DNA of 52,190 bases from Chromera velia (Eukaryota): assembly GCA_018398765.1 (NCBI GenBank), contig JAHBMJ010000261.1, positions 1-52,190 on the forward strand, read 5' to 3'. The position numbers were made by a program, and so were the translations under genes. The notes below the pieces were generated by a model that ran no database searches, was not told the DNA's origin, and worked only from the letters and a program-made list of their open reading frames with translations. Positions 49,927-52,190 of the stretch are shown piece by piece (positions within the stretch are counted from its first letter, which is position 1; each line of letters opens with the position of its first letter).

Positions 49927-50971
49927 GGTTGCATATCCACGGCACTGTCGGCGTCTATACCGTGACGGGTGTGTGGTCACTTTCTTGGCTTGTTGCGTTC
50001 GCGCTCTGTCAGTGGCTTCGTGTTTGCGTCGTTGTTCGGGCTCTATCGGTGTTGTGATAGCGAGAGAGAGAAAAGTGAGGGACATGACTTTGCAAAGTCT
50101 CCCGGAGGGCCGGCTAGGTCTCTTACATGCATGCCAGACGATGAGATCGATTACTACTCGGACCTCTGCGATAACCAGCTGGAGTTACCGGACTTGATTG
50201 GTTCCGATGTTGACGGAGATGCCAGGGGTAAGTACCAGGGGTAATCAGTGACACGCATGCATGCATGGGTAATCACGTGGGCTTGGCATCCCTTAAGGTA
50301 TAGCCACGTACATATACAGATATACATATAGGTTAGTTAGTTAGTTACAGGATGCCTAACCCCAGTTGGAGCGCTAAGCTTCCAGGCGGCACATACATGC
50401 ATGGTTGTTGTTTGTTAAGTCGCCGGTGGAGTTGATCAGTTAATCACTTTCTAGAATTGGGAGATAGACATCAAAGAGACAGGCCGGATGCGAGCGTAGA
50501 AGCGATCAAATGACATTACGGATGAAGAGTTTAGATGTACTTGCACCGGGGAGTGGACAGTTACAATCATTTGAATTAATGGATTCCAGCTGAGCCAGGC
50601 AGTGCAGGAATTCTCTTTCATCCAGCCACTTGGTACATAAAGAAAGTCTATACATGAAGTCATCAACACACCGAATACAAGAATCATGTACACAGAGTTT
50701 ATGGTCGCTACATTCAACAGACAGAGCACTGCTTTCGCCTTGTGGGTTAAATGAGAGCAGACGTAAGAAACCGAACAGAGAGCCGTCGGTTACTGTGAGA
50801 GCAGATCGAGGGAGGGCGGAAAAGGAGTAGAGACCAGAGACGGATTTGTTGTAAAGAAGAAACACAAACATGCGATGAGAGGTCTTGGAGGGAAAAGCTT
50901 GTTGAAGGGGGGTGAGCTTGGTACATGTATTCATTAATGCATACATATAGTAGATGCCTAGGTACATGCAT

Positions 50972-51580
50972 TCAGCCAGTCATGCAGTCAGTTAGCCAGC
51001 CAGCTAGCCAGTCAGCCAGCCAGTCAATCAGTCAGTTAGTCAGTCAGTCAGCTAGTCAGTCAGTCAGTCAGTCAGTTAGCCAGCCAGCCACCAGGTCAGC
51101 CAGCTAGCCAGCCAGCCAGCCAGTCAATCAGCCAGGCAGGCAGCCAGCCAGCCAGACAGCCAGCCAGACTGAACTAGTCAGTCAGCCAGCCAGCCAGCCA
51201 GCCAGTCAGTCACTCACTGACAGTCAGTCAGCCAGTCAGTCAGTTAGTCAGTCAGCCAACCAGCCAGCCAGACAGCCAGACTGAGCTAGTCAGTCAGCCA
51301 GACAGACAGCCAGTCAGCCAGCCTGGCCCACTGCTGGCAGCCAATCAGCCAATCAACCAGCCAGGCAGGCACGTAGGCAGGCAGCCAGCCAGCTAGTTAG
51401 TCACTCAGTCAGCCAGTCAATCAGCCAGCTAGCTGGCCAGCCAGCCAGCCAAGCAGCCAGCTCGCAGCCAGCCAGCCAGCTCGCAGCCAGCCAGCCAGTT
51501 AGCCACTAGTAGGTTAGCCACTCAGTCAGTCAATTACTCAGTCAGTCATGCAGCCAGTCAGCCAGTTAGCTAGTCACCTA
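50972..51580. repeat. (CAGC/CAGT)n microsatellite, same family as the 8354-10815 arrays but in the opposite orientation
   Basis: About 600 bp of CAGC/CAGT/TAGC tetramers. Confidence 0.95.
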
Positions 51581-52190
51581 ACTAACCACGCAGTCAGCTT
51601 TCCGGTCCGTACCTCTCCTACTAGTAGCTCCATTCTTTTTTCCTACTGTGTTGATCAGATTTCTTTCACCTCTCCTCCTTCCTTCTCGCTTTCTGCGTTC
51701 ATGCTTGCACGGTAAGTTGCACCATCTTGTATTTGTTCTCCATTTTCTGGTCCATTTTTTTCTTAGACTACCACTGTGACAGTGTTGATGCTTACACCTC
51801 TCTTCCGCTCTTTTCTCCTTCTGCTTTGACCTCTTCTCCACTCTTTTCCTAGCTCTTTTCTCTTTCTGCTTTGATGCTTATACCTCTGCTCCTCTCCTCT
51901 GTTTCCCTTAATGTTCTCCCGTTCTCTCAATTTTTGGTTTTGCAGACATTGAAGATGATACCAGAGATGACGGTACCGCATGGTACTGCCTATTTTGGAA
52001 TGATCTGCTTTTATACTAACATGTAAGAGTGGGCACCCTCATGTTGACTCCATACCATTAGGGTCTATATCCGAGATGTTTGCTAGACTATAAGAACGAA
52101 TATCTAGCTACACACGAAGACAGAAATAAAGACTCACGATGAAATCGATCCGTAGGTCCTTATTCCAGAGAAAGTCGTAACTGAGTGGCC

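Overview
Eukaryotic nuclear DNA, intron-rich and full of microsatellites. Most ORFs in the supplied track are repeat artefacts, so I built genes by hand from GT-AG introns with consistent phases. Six genes are supported: (1) a 9-exon, WD40-less ATG16-like coiled-coil gene (532-5645 +); (2) a 7-exon GTP-dependent PEP carboxykinase with bacterial-type motifs and an apparent signal+transit (bipartite) leader (17940-22054 -); (3) head-to-head with it across 628 bp, a 13-exon plastid SRP54/Ffh with a bipartite leader and altered SRP-RNA-binding motifs (22683-29605 +); (4) an EamA/DMT transporter with two frameshifts in simple repeats (31068-33224 +); (5) an intronless, signal-peptide-bearing fusion of CutA1 and a chagasin/I42 cysteine-protease inhibitor (35517-36437 -); (6) a CCCH-type zinc-finger protein (47408-49103 -). 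Intergenic DNA holds a LINE remnant, MITE/DNA-transposon-like remnants, a 78-bp minisatellite, a 40-bp satellite with 119-bp higher-order periodicity and long 2-5 bp repeats. Bipartite leaders, plastid SRP54 and TGCATGCA motifs point to an alga with a complex plastid, plausibly a chromerid-like alveolate (inference only). The best leads are the CutA-chagasin fusion and the apparently plastid-targeted GTP-PEPCK sharing a promoter with plastid SRP54.
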